A DNA stretch of 64,000 bases. Source: Candidatus Nanoarchaeia archaeon. Its GTDB lineage: Archaea; Nanobdellota; Nanobdellia; Woesearchaeales; WJIZ01. Positions 38,090 to 47,674 of the stretch are shown here, one piece after another. The number at the start of each line of letters is the position of its first letter. The first letter of the stretch is position 1. The stretch covers positions 30,976 to 94,975 of the forward strand of contig JANQND010000011.1 in NCBI GenBank assembly GCA_028279765.1, read 5' to 3'. Position numbers and translations under genes: made by a program. The notes beneath the pieces are model-generated. The model made no database searches. It was not told the DNA's origin and worked only from the letters and a program-made list of their open reading frames with translations.

Positions 38090-38922
38090 AATTATTTCAG
38101 TATGCGTTTATGCAAAAGGCTTTCATAACAGGAATCGTGATTGCCATAGCTTGCTCATTGCTCGGAGTATTTTTAGTTCTTCGAAGATATGCGCTGATGG
38201 GCGATGGTATTGCGCATATTGCATTTGGGGGTGTAGCAACCGGTTTGCTGTTCAACCTCACCCCGTTTTTAGGAGCCCTGCTCTTCTCACTTGTTGGGTC
38301 ACTTGGCATTCTTAAAATTAAAGAAAAAACCAATTTGTATGGGGACTCTGCAATAGGGATCGTCAGCCATGCAGGTTTAGGCATAGGAATATTTATTTTG
38401 TCTGTTGCCAATGGCTTTAATGTAGATATACTCAGCTATCTTTTTGGAAGCATTCTTGCTATACGGCAAAGTGAGATGATTCTATCTATTATTCTTGCCA
38501 TTATTGTCATTGGAGTTATCTATCTCTTTTATAATGAATTATTCTCCATGACCTTTGATGAGAACTCGTCCAAAACGTTTGGAATAAAGACAAGTCTTCT
38601 CAACACTCTCCTGATACTCCTCACTGCACTTACTATTGTGAGTTCCATGAGAGTGGTTGGCCTAATGCTTGCCTCATCGCTTATCATACTACCGGCATCT
38701 TCGGCGCTACAGCTGAAGTTAAGCTTCAGAAATACATTGATTGCATCAGTAGGCATTGCCGTATTGAGTGTGGTTCTGGGATTGTGTTTAGCTTATTGGT
38801 TTGATTTTGCGGTATCAGGAACGATTGTCCTGCTTAATGCAGTGTTTTTTCTTTTCATACAGATTGTTAAAATGAGTTTTAGACTGTATTCAGGCGTTCT
38901 TTCAGTATCCAATAATGATTAA
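38083..38922 (+). CDS. znuB: Zinc ABC transporter permease ZnuB-like
   Basis: Polytopic ABC-3 family permease. Overlaps znuC. Confidence 0.8.
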   Translation: MLELFQYAFMQKAFITGIVIAIACSLLGVFLVLRRYALMGDGIAHIAFGGVATGLLFNLTPFLGALLFSLVGSLGILKIKEKTNLYGDSAIGIVSHAGLGIGIFILSVANGFNVDILSYLFGSILAIRQSEMILSIILAIIVIGVIYLFYNELFSMTFDENSSKTFGIKTSLLNTLLILLTALTIVSSMRVVGLMLASSLIILPASSALQLKLSFRNTLIASVGIAVLSVVLGLCLAYWFDFAVSGTIVLLNAVFFLFIQIVKMSFRLYSGVLSVSNND

Positions 38923-39005
38923 TATCGACCTATTTCAAAGTAAATTCGCAAGTTTTATATACTAGACCGACTAATCAGTCTAATATCAACTAAAACGGTG
39001 ATACT

Positions 39006-39815
39006 ATGGCTAAAAAAGTAATTCTGATTACCGGAGCTTCATCCGGAATGGGTTTAGAAACAACAAAGGATTTGGTTAAACAAGGATATACTGTCTATGG
39101 CGGTGCAAGGCATACCGACAAGATAGAGAAAGCAGGTGCCCACTCCCTTAAAATGAATATGGCAGACTATGCTTCTTTAGAAAAAGGTGTTAACCAGATA
39201 ATTAAAGAGCAAGGAAAGATTGATGTGCTATGGAATAATGCTGGATTTGGATTGTATGGGGCTGTAGAAGATACTCCTATTGATACTGCGAAATATCAGT
39301 TCGAAGTGAACCTCTTTGGATTGGCTCGTTTAACCCAACTAGTAACTCCGCATATGCGAAAGAAAAAATCAGGATTAATTATCAATACTTCTTCTATGGG
39401 CGGAAAGATTTACTTCCCATTAGGTGCATGGTACCATGCAACGAAGCATGCCTTAGAGGGTTTCTCAGATTGCCTGCGCTTAGAACTCAAACAATTTGGA
39501 ATTAAAGTAGTAATTCTTGAACCTGGGGCAATTGATACTAATTTCGGTGAAGTATTTATGGAACATTTCAACAAGCTTCCCAAGAATAGTGCTTACAAGT
39601 CTTTGATGGATGGATACAGAAACATGGATATGTCCAGTATGAAAGCATCCCCCTCGTCACTTATATCTGAAACTATTCAGAAAATTATAAGCAGTGATAA
39701 ACCTAAAAGAAGGTATCTTGTAGGAAGCATGGCAAAACCAACCGTATACATGCGAAAATGGTTGGGTGATGCCTATCTGGACAATATGATGCTTAAGATG
39801 GTAAAACCAAAATGA
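39006..39815 (+). CDS. Short-chain dehydrogenase/reductase (SDR)
   Basis: TGASSGMG cofactor motif, NNAG, and a YxxxK active site. Confidence 0.85.
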   Translation: MAKKVILITGASSGMGLETTKDLVKQGYTVYGGARHTDKIEKAGAHSLKMNMADYASLEKGVNQIIKEQGKIDVLWNNAGFGLYGAVEDTPIDTAKYQFEVNLFGLARLTQLVTPHMRKKKSGLIINTSSMGGKIYFPLGAWYHATKHALEGFSDCLRLELKQFGIKVVILEPGAIDTNFGEVFMEHFNKLPKNSAYKSLMDGYRNMDMSSMKASPSSLISETIQKIISSDKPKRRYLVGSMAKPTVYMRKWLGDAYLDNMMLKMVKPK

Positions 39816-40693
39816 TAGGAAAATACATCTCTGATCTAATGGTTAAACCTGGTAAATCTCCTGTCTTTGATAACCCAAGAGACTATGGATTAGAATATGA
39901 AGACGTGGTCTTCAAAAGCAGTGATGGTATAGAGCTCTCCGGTTGGCTTGTCAAAGGAGGCAAGGACAAAGTCATCATTCAGTCACACTTTGGCGTGCAA
40001 TGCTCTAGAAGTGGATACACTCAGGAAGGCAAAGGAATGATGAAGAATGCGTTATGGAATAGCAACATTCATTTCCTAGAACAAGCAAAATATCTCGTCA
40101 ATGCAGGATACTCAGTTCTGATGTATGATTTGCGTAGTCATGGAAAAAGTGGCCAAGCAAAAACTCCATGGGTTACTTGGGGTAAAGATGAACGCAAAGA
40201 CGTGGCTGCAGCTGTTCACTTTATATCAAACCATAAAGAATTAAGAGACGCATCAATAGGTCTATTGAGTTTTTGTATGGGTGCAGGCTCAACCACTTTT
40301 GCGTATGGAATGGAAAAGGAACTTAAGGCCAACAAAAAAGTTAAAGCGCTCATTGCCGTGCAGCCCTTAACGTACGATTATTTTGTTAAAGCTATGGAAC
40401 TGCCTCAGTTTGTAATAAATGCTGGAAATAAGTACAACAAGCAGAAGCGAAATGTTGATCTTACTGGTGAATCGTTCTTACCGTATGTTAAGGATGTTTC
40501 TGTACCTACACTATTAATACAAAATAAAAACGATCCGATGACTAACCTTGATATGGTCAAGCAGTATTTCAGTGATTTACCTAGTGAAAAGGAAATGCTG
40601 TGGCTTGATATTGAGAAAAAGCGGGGAGCTGCTTATGCTTGGGTTGGTAAACATCCTGAAAAAATAATTGGATGGTTTAACAAATATCTTTAG
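39812..40693 (+). CDS. alpha/beta-hydrolase fold protein
   Basis: Size and a nucleophile-elbow-like LSFCMGAGS. Overlaps the SDR gene by 4 nt. Confidence 0.5.
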   Translation: MIGKYISDLMVKPGKSPVFDNPRDYGLEYEDVVFKSSDGIELSGWLVKGGKDKVIIQSHFGVQCSRSGYTQEGKGMMKNALWNSNIHFLEQAKYLVNAGYSVLMYDLRSHGKSGQAKTPWVTWGKDERKDVAAAVHFISNHKELRDASIGLLSFCMGAGSTTFAYGMEKELKANKKVKALIAVQPLTYDYFVKAMELPQFVINAGNKYNKQKRNVDLTGESFLPYVKDVSVPTLLIQNKNDPMTNLDMVKQYFSDLPSEKEMLWLDIEKKRGAAYAWVGKHPEKIIGWFNKYL

Positions 40694-40735
40694 ATTTCGG
40701 ACAAGTTTTTATAGTATGAGACTGCAAGTGTCAAT

Positions 40736-41281
40736 ATGGACAAGAAAGAGAAGATAATCAATACGGCAATCAAGCTATTTGTAGCGCAGGGGTTTGAAAA
40801 TACCCCTACGTCTCAAATTTCTAAAGAGGCCGGAGTAGCTACCGGCACTATGTTTCATCACTTTAAGACGAAGGAAGACCTCATTAATGCATCTTATATT
40901 TTTGCTAAGAGAAGTATGCTGGAGGCAGTCACTAAAGATTTCAGTGATGATGATCCTGTTAGGGAATCAACGAAGAAGATATGGTGTAGCTTACTCAAAT
41001 GGGGAGTGAAAAATAAATTGTTGAGTGATTTTATTCAAAAGTTCTACAATTCTGTTTATATCAGCAAGATAGCTCGTAGTGAGGTCGAGAAAGGATTTGA
41101 GCGAATTGGCATGGTGTTTGTTAAGGGAGTGAAAGATAAGACGTTCAAACAACTCCCTGTTGACCTGCTCGGAGAGTTGACTATGGGAAACTACTATGTT
41201 TTTGTAAATAAATACTCTACGATAGATGCTAAAATATTGCAAAAAAGTTTTGAGGTCCTCTGGGATATGCTCAAGAAATAG
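40736..41281 (+). CDS. TetR-family transcriptional regulator
   Basis: N-terminal HTH INTAIKLFVAQGFENTPTSQISKEAGVATGTMFHHF. Confidence 0.8.
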   Translation: MDKKEKIINTAIKLFVAQGFENTPTSQISKEAGVATGTMFHHFKTKEDLINASYIFAKRSMLEAVTKDFSDDDPVRESTKKIWCSLLKWGVKNKLLSDFIQKFYNSVYISKIARSEVEKGFERIGMVFVKGVKDKTFKQLPVDLLGELTMGNYYVFVNKYSTIDAKILQKSFEVLWDMLKK

Positions 41282-41328
41282 TTAACAATCTCTATTGAAC
41301 AATTGTAAAAAATATGCGGAGGAAAAAA

Positions 41329-41718
41329 ATGAATGAGAGAAATGTAGTTGGATGGTTTGAGATAGTAGTCTCTGATATAGAACGAGCGGTGAAGTTTTAT
41401 AACGAATTGTTTGGCTTTAGTATGGAAGCGGTAGATTTTGGTGAAGCAAAGATGGCAATGTTCCCTGCTGATTTTGAGAAAGATCTTCCAGGGGCAGCAG
41501 GCGCGCTTTTTTTGGATACACAGAGAAAGCCTAGCAGTGACGGAACGTTGGTTTATTTTACCTCTCCTTCAGGTGATTGTGCAAACGAACAAAAAAAAGC
41601 TCAAGAGCTCGGAGCGAAGATAATCACGGAAAAATACGAGATTCCTGAGGGTCACGGATTTATGATACTGATTGAAGACTCCGAGGGGAATACTATTGCT
41701 ATTCATTCAAGAGAATGA
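41329..41718 (+). CDS. VOC/glyoxalase-bleomycin resistance family protein
   Basis: About 130 aa with a beta-alpha-beta-beta-beta module (VGWFEIVVSDIERAVKFY). The start could be the ATG at 41314. Confidence 0.7.
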   Translation: MNERNVVGWFEIVVSDIERAVKFYNELFGFSMEAVDFGEAKMAMFPADFEKDLPGAAGALFLDTQRKPSSDGTLVYFTSPSGDCANEQKKAQELGAKIITEKYEIPEGHGFMILIEDSEGNTIAIHSRE

Positions 41719-41960
41719 GTGATGAGAAAAGAGCGCCGACGCCCGGAATTTCACGACTGGTTACGCTCGGTCGACACGCAATGAGGGTTTCGCTTGGCTC
41801 AAGCCCTCTGCTTTATGTCCTGCGCACCTGCTCTTTTGAACCGGGATATCCTTTCGGAAACTGGCTACCTTGACCTTTAATGCAAAGGCACTCAAGGCCA
41901 GCGCAATACCAGGTTATGCGACATCGGCATAGTCTTTACGAAATAAATCATTTTTATAAG
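41719..41960. ncRNA. GC-rich non-coding island, candidate structured RNA (identity unresolved; RNase P RNA or SRP RNA are possibilities)
   Basis: About 240-nt intergenic segment at roughly 52% GC in a 40% GC context with no ORF. The minus strand has GAAATTCCGGGCGTC, matching the RNase P CR-I GAAAGUCCGGGCUCC at 12/15, but it sits at the 3' end in that orientation. Confidence 0.3.
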
Positions 41961-42007
41961 GTTATTGGTTTTTGGGCAGCTAGTATTCTCTCTACAATTC
42001 TTGGCTA

Positions 42008-43219
42008 TTACCTATTTGTTAGCCGCGCCTGAAAGTAGGGGGCAGGGACACGATTTTTGAAATCCTTTGCCCACTCATTCGTTTCAATTATTGATCTCAG
42101 AAAAGGAAGAGAAACATTTTTTCCCTTGGCATAATTGAAAAAGCCAATCGTGTCCTTTGGAAGGCAGGATCCGCCATAGGCGACGGGGAGTCCTCCTTCA
42201 CCCCCCTTGGTTCCATACTCTGGGTTCCGATATGCTTCAGCTGTTTTTATAATCGTATTTTTAACAAGTAAGGAATTAATGTTGAGATGATTATTGAATG
42301 TGTCAACTTCTTTTGCGAATGCCAAGCTTAACAATTCCAGATATGCTCCTGACCAGTGCTTTGAATCTCCTTTGCCGTATTGAATGTTCAGCCCTACGTC
42401 TTGCAGAGCAGTATTATACATGGAGTTAGAGCATAGTTTATTCTCAGGTATCTCTTGCAGATTCAGGGTAAAGGAGTCTGTCTGGCTCGTGAATAATGTT
42501 CGTTTCAGTTCTAGAAATGAAACTTGCGCACCTTTTCTCACTTTTAGAGGAGATCCATTCACTAACACTGCTACTTCTGCTATCTCATTAAAAGCAGAAA
42601 TCTTGAATGCATTAGCAATATTATGCCAATACTTGATGGACTCAGCAGTTCGATAATCCACAGCTAAGAACTCTGCACCAAAGGAAGAGTATAGATTAAA
42701 AAGAGCATCTTTTGTCCTCTGATCTCGTGTGCCTACTACAGTAACTTGAGGGTTTGCAAAATCCGCTTCTGCGCTTGCAGCTCTCATGAATTCGGGATTC
42801 ATGCACAGGCCCAAGTCTTGACCGATCTTCCTTGCAGAGCTCTGCTCGAGAAGCCTTTCTATTGATTCTGTAGTTCCCGGAGGAACAGTGCTTCTGATTG
42901 CAACGATCGGATAGCCCTGCGGGCTTTCTTTTAACTCCTTGCCAATTTGAGTAACAGTATCCTGCAAGTAGTCAAGATTTATTCTTCCTTCTAAGCCTTT
43001 TGGTGAAGTAGGTGTAGGGACCGATACCAGAATGAGATTATGGTCATCTGAGAGATACCTCTGTTTTGCATCCTGAACATGGTACTCTTCATTAGCTAAT
43101 ATGCTCAAAACACTATCATCTGTATCAGCGAAGGTAACAGAGAGCCCTTTTTGTGCAAATACTTTTCCTGTTGCAGATCCGACAACGCCGGAGCCTATGA
43201 TTGCAATGTTATGATCCAT
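42008..43219 (-). CDS. Nucleotide-sugar dehydrogenase family (UDP-glucose/GDP-mannose 6-dehydrogenase-like), atypical architecture
   Basis: N-terminal Rossmann fold IGSGVVGS and catalytic-Cys motif GGSCLPKD. The Cys lies unusually close to the C-terminus (about residue 352 of 403). Confidence 0.55.
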   Translation of the reverse strand: MDHNIAIIGSGVVGSATGKVFAQKGLSVTFADTDDSVLSILANEEYHVQDAKQRYLSDDHNLILVSVPTPTSPKGLEGRINLDYLQDTVTQIGKELKESPQGYPIVAIRSTVPPGTTESIERLLEQSSARKIGQDLGLCMNPEFMRAASAEADFANPQVTVVGTRDQRTKDALFNLYSSFGAEFLAVDYRTAESIKYWHNIANAFKISAFNEIAEVAVLVNGSPLKVRKGAQVSFLELKRTLFTSQTDSFTLNLQEIPENKLCSNSMYNTALQDVGLNIQYGKGDSKHWSGAYLELLSLAFAKEVDTFNNHLNINSLLVKNTIIKTAEAYRNPEYGTKGGEGGLPVAYGGSCLPKDTIGFFNYAKGKNVSLPFLRSIIETNEWAKDFKNRVPAPYFQARLTNR

Positions 43220-43417
43220 TATTAATCATCTAGCACACAGAGAAACCATTTTTCCTTTAAAACAGTTAGCAATTTTATCATTTTGGAATGGCAACTTTCT
43301 TCTCTGTTTTTCTTTATATAAATCGCCGTAAATCTTTATAACCTCAAAATTTCTTTAAGGATTGTTTATCCCATTAACACAAACCTTTATATACCGATTA
43401 GCATTAAATTATTTCAG

Positions 43418-44980
43418 ATGTCAGGAGAAGTCCATGATGAGTGCGGTGTTGCTGCGGTCTATTTTAAGCAAAACGGCTCATCAGAAAACAAGGCCTTATT
43501 CTATCTATACAAATTGCTACTCAACCTGCAAAACCGCGGGCAGCTTAGTGCAGGGGTTTCAACTTTTAACCGGCAGCGCAGGCAGATTCTTCAAACGTAT
43601 CGCGACATTGGGACCGTCAATGAGGTCTTTAAGACCAGCAAGAAAGAGAAGAGCATGGCTATTTTCAATAAGTATTCGGGCAATAAAGGAATTGGCCATG
43701 TCCGGTACGCAACGTTCGGAAAAAATGAGCGATCGTACGCGCAGCCTTTTGAGCGCCATCACGGCCGCTTATGGAAATGGTTCTCGTATTGCTTCAACGG
43801 AAACCTGGTCAATTATGTTTCTCTGAGAGAAGAGCTGGAAAAGAAGAAGGAATATCACTTTATTCTGGAAAACGATACCGAAATGATCATGCATTATATC
43901 TCTCGCGAGCTTGCCGGAAATAAAAAGCCATCTTTGCGAACGGTCTTTTCTAACCTGGCAAAGAAATTTGAGGGATCGTATAACATGGCTTTTGCGAACG
44001 CTATGGGAGAGATCGCGGTTACCCGTGACCCACTCGGCTTTAGACCACTTTGTTATGTCATTGAGGATGGCAATATGCTTGCAGCATCCGAATCAAACGC
44101 ACTGGTTAACGCAGGATTCGAGAATTTCAAAGACCTTGAACCCGGCAAGATGATCCATGTGGAAGATGGCGAAGTCAGCGTAAAGCGATATGCTAAATCT
44201 GAGAAAAAAGCGTTTTGTATGTTTGAATATGTGTATTTCTCTAATGTGTCTTCTATTATGAATGGCAAATCGGTTTATATCACCCGAACAAACTTGGGAA
44301 AAGAGCTTGCTAAACTGGAAACCCAGAAGATTGACGATGATTGCATCGTGGTCCCTGTACCTGACAGCGCAAAGGCTGCCGGCGATTCCTTTGCCTATGA
44401 GCTGGGCATTCCTTCCCGCGAGGGCTTAATCCGAAACCGATATGTTGGTCGGACTTTTATTGAGGGTACGAGCAGAAAGGACAAAATTCAAAATAAGTTT
44501 ACGATTGTGAAAGAAGTTCTTAAAGGAAAACGGGTTTTCCTTGTTGACGACAGTATTGTTCGCGGAACAACGACTGACCAGCTGGTGCGCAGCCTGAAGG
44601 AAGAAGGCGGTGCTAAGGAAGTGCACGTGCGTGTAAGCTGCCCTCCTATCATGGGCCCTTGCTTCTACGGGATTGATATGAGTACGTTGCATGAGCTTCT
44701 TGCACCACGATTTATCAAAGAGCCTCAGGATGCAGTTCCCGAAAATGAGGCTGACAATCTTGCAAAACATATCGGTGCTGACACGATTATCTACCAAACG
44801 ATTTCTGGTTTGGTTCGCAGTATCGGCATTCCACGAAAAGATTTATGCATGGCCTGCCTGGACAGAAAGTATCCTACCCCGCTTGGAAAGTCTTTATTTA
44901 AAATTGGGCTTGAGAATTATCAGAGCGGCAAGCATGAAGAAGGACGTGCGTATGAGCGCGCGGTGCAGTGTGGGTGTTAG
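43418..44980 (+). CDS. purF: Amidophosphoribosyltransferase-like class II glutamine amidotransferase (PurF family)
   Basis: Propeptide then Ntn Cys (MSGEVHDE/CGVAAVYF), PRTase motif VFLVDDSIVRGTT, and C-terminal Cys residues. Confidence 0.7.
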   Translation: MSGEVHDECGVAAVYFKQNGSSENKALFYLYKLLLNLQNRGQLSAGVSTFNRQRRQILQTYRDIGTVNEVFKTSKKEKSMAIFNKYSGNKGIGHVRYATFGKNERSYAQPFERHHGRLWKWFSYCFNGNLVNYVSLREELEKKKEYHFILENDTEMIMHYISRELAGNKKPSLRTVFSNLAKKFEGSYNMAFANAMGEIAVTRDPLGFRPLCYVIEDGNMLAASESNALVNAGFENFKDLEPGKMIHVEDGEVSVKRYAKSEKKAFCMFEYVYFSNVSSIMNGKSVYITRTNLGKELAKLETQKIDDDCIVVPVPDSAKAAGDSFAYELGIPSREGLIRNRYVGRTFIEGTSRKDKIQNKFTIVKEVLKGKRVFLVDDSIVRGTTTDQLVRSLKEEGGAKEVHVRVSCPPIMGPCFYGIDMSTLHELLAPRFIKEPQDAVPENEADNLAKHIGADTIIYQTISGLVRSIGIPRKDLCMACLDRKYPTPLGKSLFKIGLENYQSGKHEEGRAYERAVQCGC

Positions 44981-45083
44981 TTCTCTATTGTTTCTTCCAC
45001 CAATAGTAACATTTATATAGCCTGAACCAAAACCTACACAGAAGAGAGAGAAAGACGGTGCGCTTTTCTCTGGGTTTAATAGA

Positions 45084-45440
45084 ATGGTGAAACCCAAACC
45101 AAGTTCACGTGAAAAAAAACGTTATGTGGTCTTTGCGCTGGCATCTAAGGAGACGTTCAGTTACGAGGTCGTAAAGCATGCGCTGCAGAAGAACCTTTTG
45201 CGCTATATCGGTGAATTCGGCTACGAGAAAGCTCAGTTATATGTGATAAAAAATACCTATTCTCCTCAACAAAAAAAAGGAATACTGCGCGTGACGAATA
45301 AGTCTCTGTCGCAGGTTAAAGAGTCATTTTCCATGCTCAAGGATATTCAGGGAAAAAAAGCAAGCCTTAACATCCTGGGTATTAGCGGAATACTCAAAAA
45401 AGCAAAATATAAGTTTTTGACAAATAAACAAAAGAAATAA
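45084..45440 (+). CDS. RNase P protein subunit Pop5 (Rnp2)
   Basis: REKKRYVVFAL...GILRV...ILGISGILKKAK matches the Pop5 consensus. First gene of the exosome superoperon. Confidence 0.7.
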   Translation: MVKPKPSSREKKRYVVFALASKETFSYEVVKHALQKNLLRYIGEFGYEKAQLYVIKNTYSPQQKKGILRVTNKSLSQVKESFSMLKDIQGKKASLNILGISGILKKAKYKFLTNKQKK

Positions 45441-45468
45441 TCACGTTTACAGACGAGGTGGATACACT

Positions 45469-46206
45469 ATGCAACCAATGCAGCATCAAATGATGGGTTA
45501 TGATCGAGCGATAACCATGTTTTCTCCGGATGGGAGATTACTACAGGTAGAATATGCAAAAAAGACCGTACGGCAGGGCAGTACCGCAATAGGAATGGCT
45601 TGCTCTGACGGAGTTATTGTCGTAACAGACAAGCGAATCGTAGACAGCTTAATTGTTTCTGATTCTGTGGAAAAAATATTTCAGATTGATGAGCATATTA
45701 GCGCAACTGCGTCAGGCATTCTCTCTGATGCACGCGTTCTCATTGAGCGGGCGCAGGTGAAGGCGCAGCAGAATCGCATCACATTCGGATCCCCTATTGA
45801 TACCCTGAGCATTGTGAAAGATATTTGCTCCCTGAAACAAATTTGCACACAGTCTGGAGGCCTTCGGCCATTTGGTGTGTCTGTTCTGGTAGCGGGTATT
45901 GATAACGAAACTCCGCGCTTATATCAGACCGACCCTACGGGAATTTATTTTGAGTATAGGGCATCTGCTCTTGGAGAAGGTGGCGAAGAAGCCGAAGAAA
46001 TTCTCAAGAAGGAATACAAGCCTGAGCTTACCATGGATGAGGGGCTTGCGATTTCTGTTAGCGCTCTGAAAAAAGTATTAGGTGAGAAATTTAGCCTTGA
46101 TCGTGTAGATGCAGCGTATGTCTCCGTGAAGAATAAGGTATTTACCCGCTATACACGAGAAGAAATTGAAGCGGTATCCAGCGGAAAGAAAAAGAAGAAG
46201 AAATAG
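45469..46206 (+). CDS. psmA: Proteasome subunit alpha
   Basis: GYDRAITMFSPDGRLLQVEYA is the canonical alpha-subunit N-terminus. Confidence 0.9.
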   Translation: MQPMQHQMMGYDRAITMFSPDGRLLQVEYAKKTVRQGSTAIGMACSDGVIVVTDKRIVDSLIVSDSVEKIFQIDEHISATASGILSDARVLIERAQVKAQQNRITFGSPIDTLSIVKDICSLKQICTQSGGLRPFGVSVLVAGIDNETPRLYQTDPTGIYFEYRASALGEGGEEAEEILKKEYKPELTMDEGLAISVSALKKVLGEKFSLDRVDAAYVSVKNKVFTRYTREEIEAVSSGKKKKKK

Positions 46207-46256
46207 AGAATAAAGAGACGATAAATAAGTATGATTAAATTCTAAGGTGAAAAACA

Positions 46257-46988
46257 ATGAGTGAAATAGTAGTAAAGGAAAAGGAGATTGTCATTCCTGG
46301 CCAGCTACTGGCAAAAGGAATGGACACGTTTCCGGCATCCGGCTCCTACCGTGAAAAAGAAGATATTTTTTCAGGAAGAGTTGGTGTGGTATATATCGAC
46401 GGACGGGCAATCAAAGTTATTCCCCTCTCTGGCGCCTACATGCCAAAAGTTGGTGATGTTATCATTGCAAAAGTGATTGATATCACGATGAGCGGATGGA
46501 GAGTTGAGACTAATAGTGCCTACTCTGCAATGCTTCCCCTCAAGGATGCAACTTCTGAATATATTCAGCGGGGAGCAGATTTGTCCAGTTATTATGCGAT
46601 CGGCGATCATGTGGTCTGTAAGATCACGAATGTTACCAGCCAAAAACTGGTTGATGTTGCCATGCGCGATCCCGGACTCAAGAAATTATCTGGCGGGAGA
46701 ATTTTTAGTGTGAACACTAACAAGGTTCCCCGGATTATCGGCAAGAAAGGGTCTATGGTGAGCATGATAAAACAAGCAACTGGCTGCAGAATCGTTGTAG
46801 GACAGAACGGATTAGTATGGATCCAGGGAGAGACAGACAATGAGTTTATTGCTGTTGACACGATCAAGAAAATCGAGAAGGAATCCCATATTTCGGGACT
46901 TACGAATCGCATTAAAGAGTATCTTGAAGAGAGAACTCAAAAGAAGTTAGAAGGAGTTGAAGAGAATGAGCTACACACAAAGGCATGA
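46257..46988 (+). CDS. rrp4: Exosome complex RNA-binding protein Rrp4 (S1 + KH)
   Basis: N-terminal domain, S1 domain and KH domain (IIGKKGSMVSMI). Lies in the conserved position. Confidence 0.85.
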   Translation: MSEIVVKEKEIVIPGQLLAKGMDTFPASGSYREKEDIFSGRVGVVYIDGRAIKVIPLSGAYMPKVGDVIIAKVIDITMSGWRVETNSAYSAMLPLKDATSEYIQRGADLSSYYAIGDHVVCKITNVTSQKLVDVAMRDPGLKKLSGGRIFSVNTNKVPRIIGKKGSMVSMIKQATGCRIVVGQNGLVWIQGETDNEFIAVDTIKKIEKESHISGLTNRIKEYLEERTQKKLEGVEENELHTKA

Positions 46989-47673
46989 TGGCAGAGCACC
47001 GGATGAGCTTCGGGCAATGGAAGCAAAGGTTGGTGTGATCAAGAACGCAGACGGTTCTGCATTTTTCAAAATCGGCAATACCTCTGCATACGCAGCAGTG
47101 TATGGGCCCCGGAACCTGTATCCGAAGTTTTTGCAGAACCCGGACAAGGGAATTTTACGTTGCTCTTATAATATGCTGCCGTTCTCCGGTTCAGGAGAGC
47201 GAATCAGGCCAGGACAAAACAGGCGCGCAAAGGAAATCTCGATGGTTACCGAGAAAAGCTTGCTCTCTGTTCTGAACCTGGATGAGTATCCGAATGCAGT
47301 AGTTGATGTATTTATTGAACTGCCACAGACAGAGGCAGGCTCACGATGCGCAGGCATCTGCGCTGCATCCATGGCACTTGCTGATGCAGGGCTTTTGATG
47401 AAGGATTTAGTGAGTGCAGTCTCTGTTGGGCGAGTAGGTGATATGCTGGTGGTTGACCTTGATTATGCTGAAGAGGCGTATGAGGATGGACCCGTTGCGG
47501 ACATCCCCGTTGCTATGACGCATAACAGCTCAGAGGTTACGCTACTGCAAATGGATGGCGAGATCTCAAAGGATATGCTGATGAAAGCAGTTGAGATGGG
47601 AAAAGCAGCCTGCGAAAAAATCTATGAAGTTCAAAAAGAAGCACTGAAGAAGAAGTATGAAGGAGCTGAGTAA
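46957..47673 (+). CDS. rrp41: Exosome complex exonuclease Rrp41 (RNase PH-like)
   Basis: RNase PH domain (RHDGRAPDELR, GSAFFKIGNT). The start may be the internal Met at 46966. Confidence 0.85.
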   Translation: MKRMSYTQRHDGRAPDELRAMEAKVGVIKNADGSAFFKIGNTSAYAAVYGPRNLYPKFLQNPDKGILRCSYNMLPFSGSGERIRPGQNRRAKEISMVTEKSLLSVLNLDEYPNAVVDVFIELPQTEAGSRCAGICAASMALADAGLLMKDLVSAVSVGRVGDMLVVDLDYAEEAYEDGPVADIPVAMTHNSSEVTLLQMDGEISKDMLMKAVEMGKAACEKIYEVQKEALKKKYEGAE

Positions 47674-47674
47674 A

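Noticed and set aside
41719-41960. Assigning the GC-rich island definitively as RNase P RNA.
   Set aside because: The CR-I-like match (12/15) sits at the wrong end of the element for the strand on which it occurs. No convincing CR-V/P4 partner or SRP helix-8 motif was found. It is kept only as an unresolved candidate.
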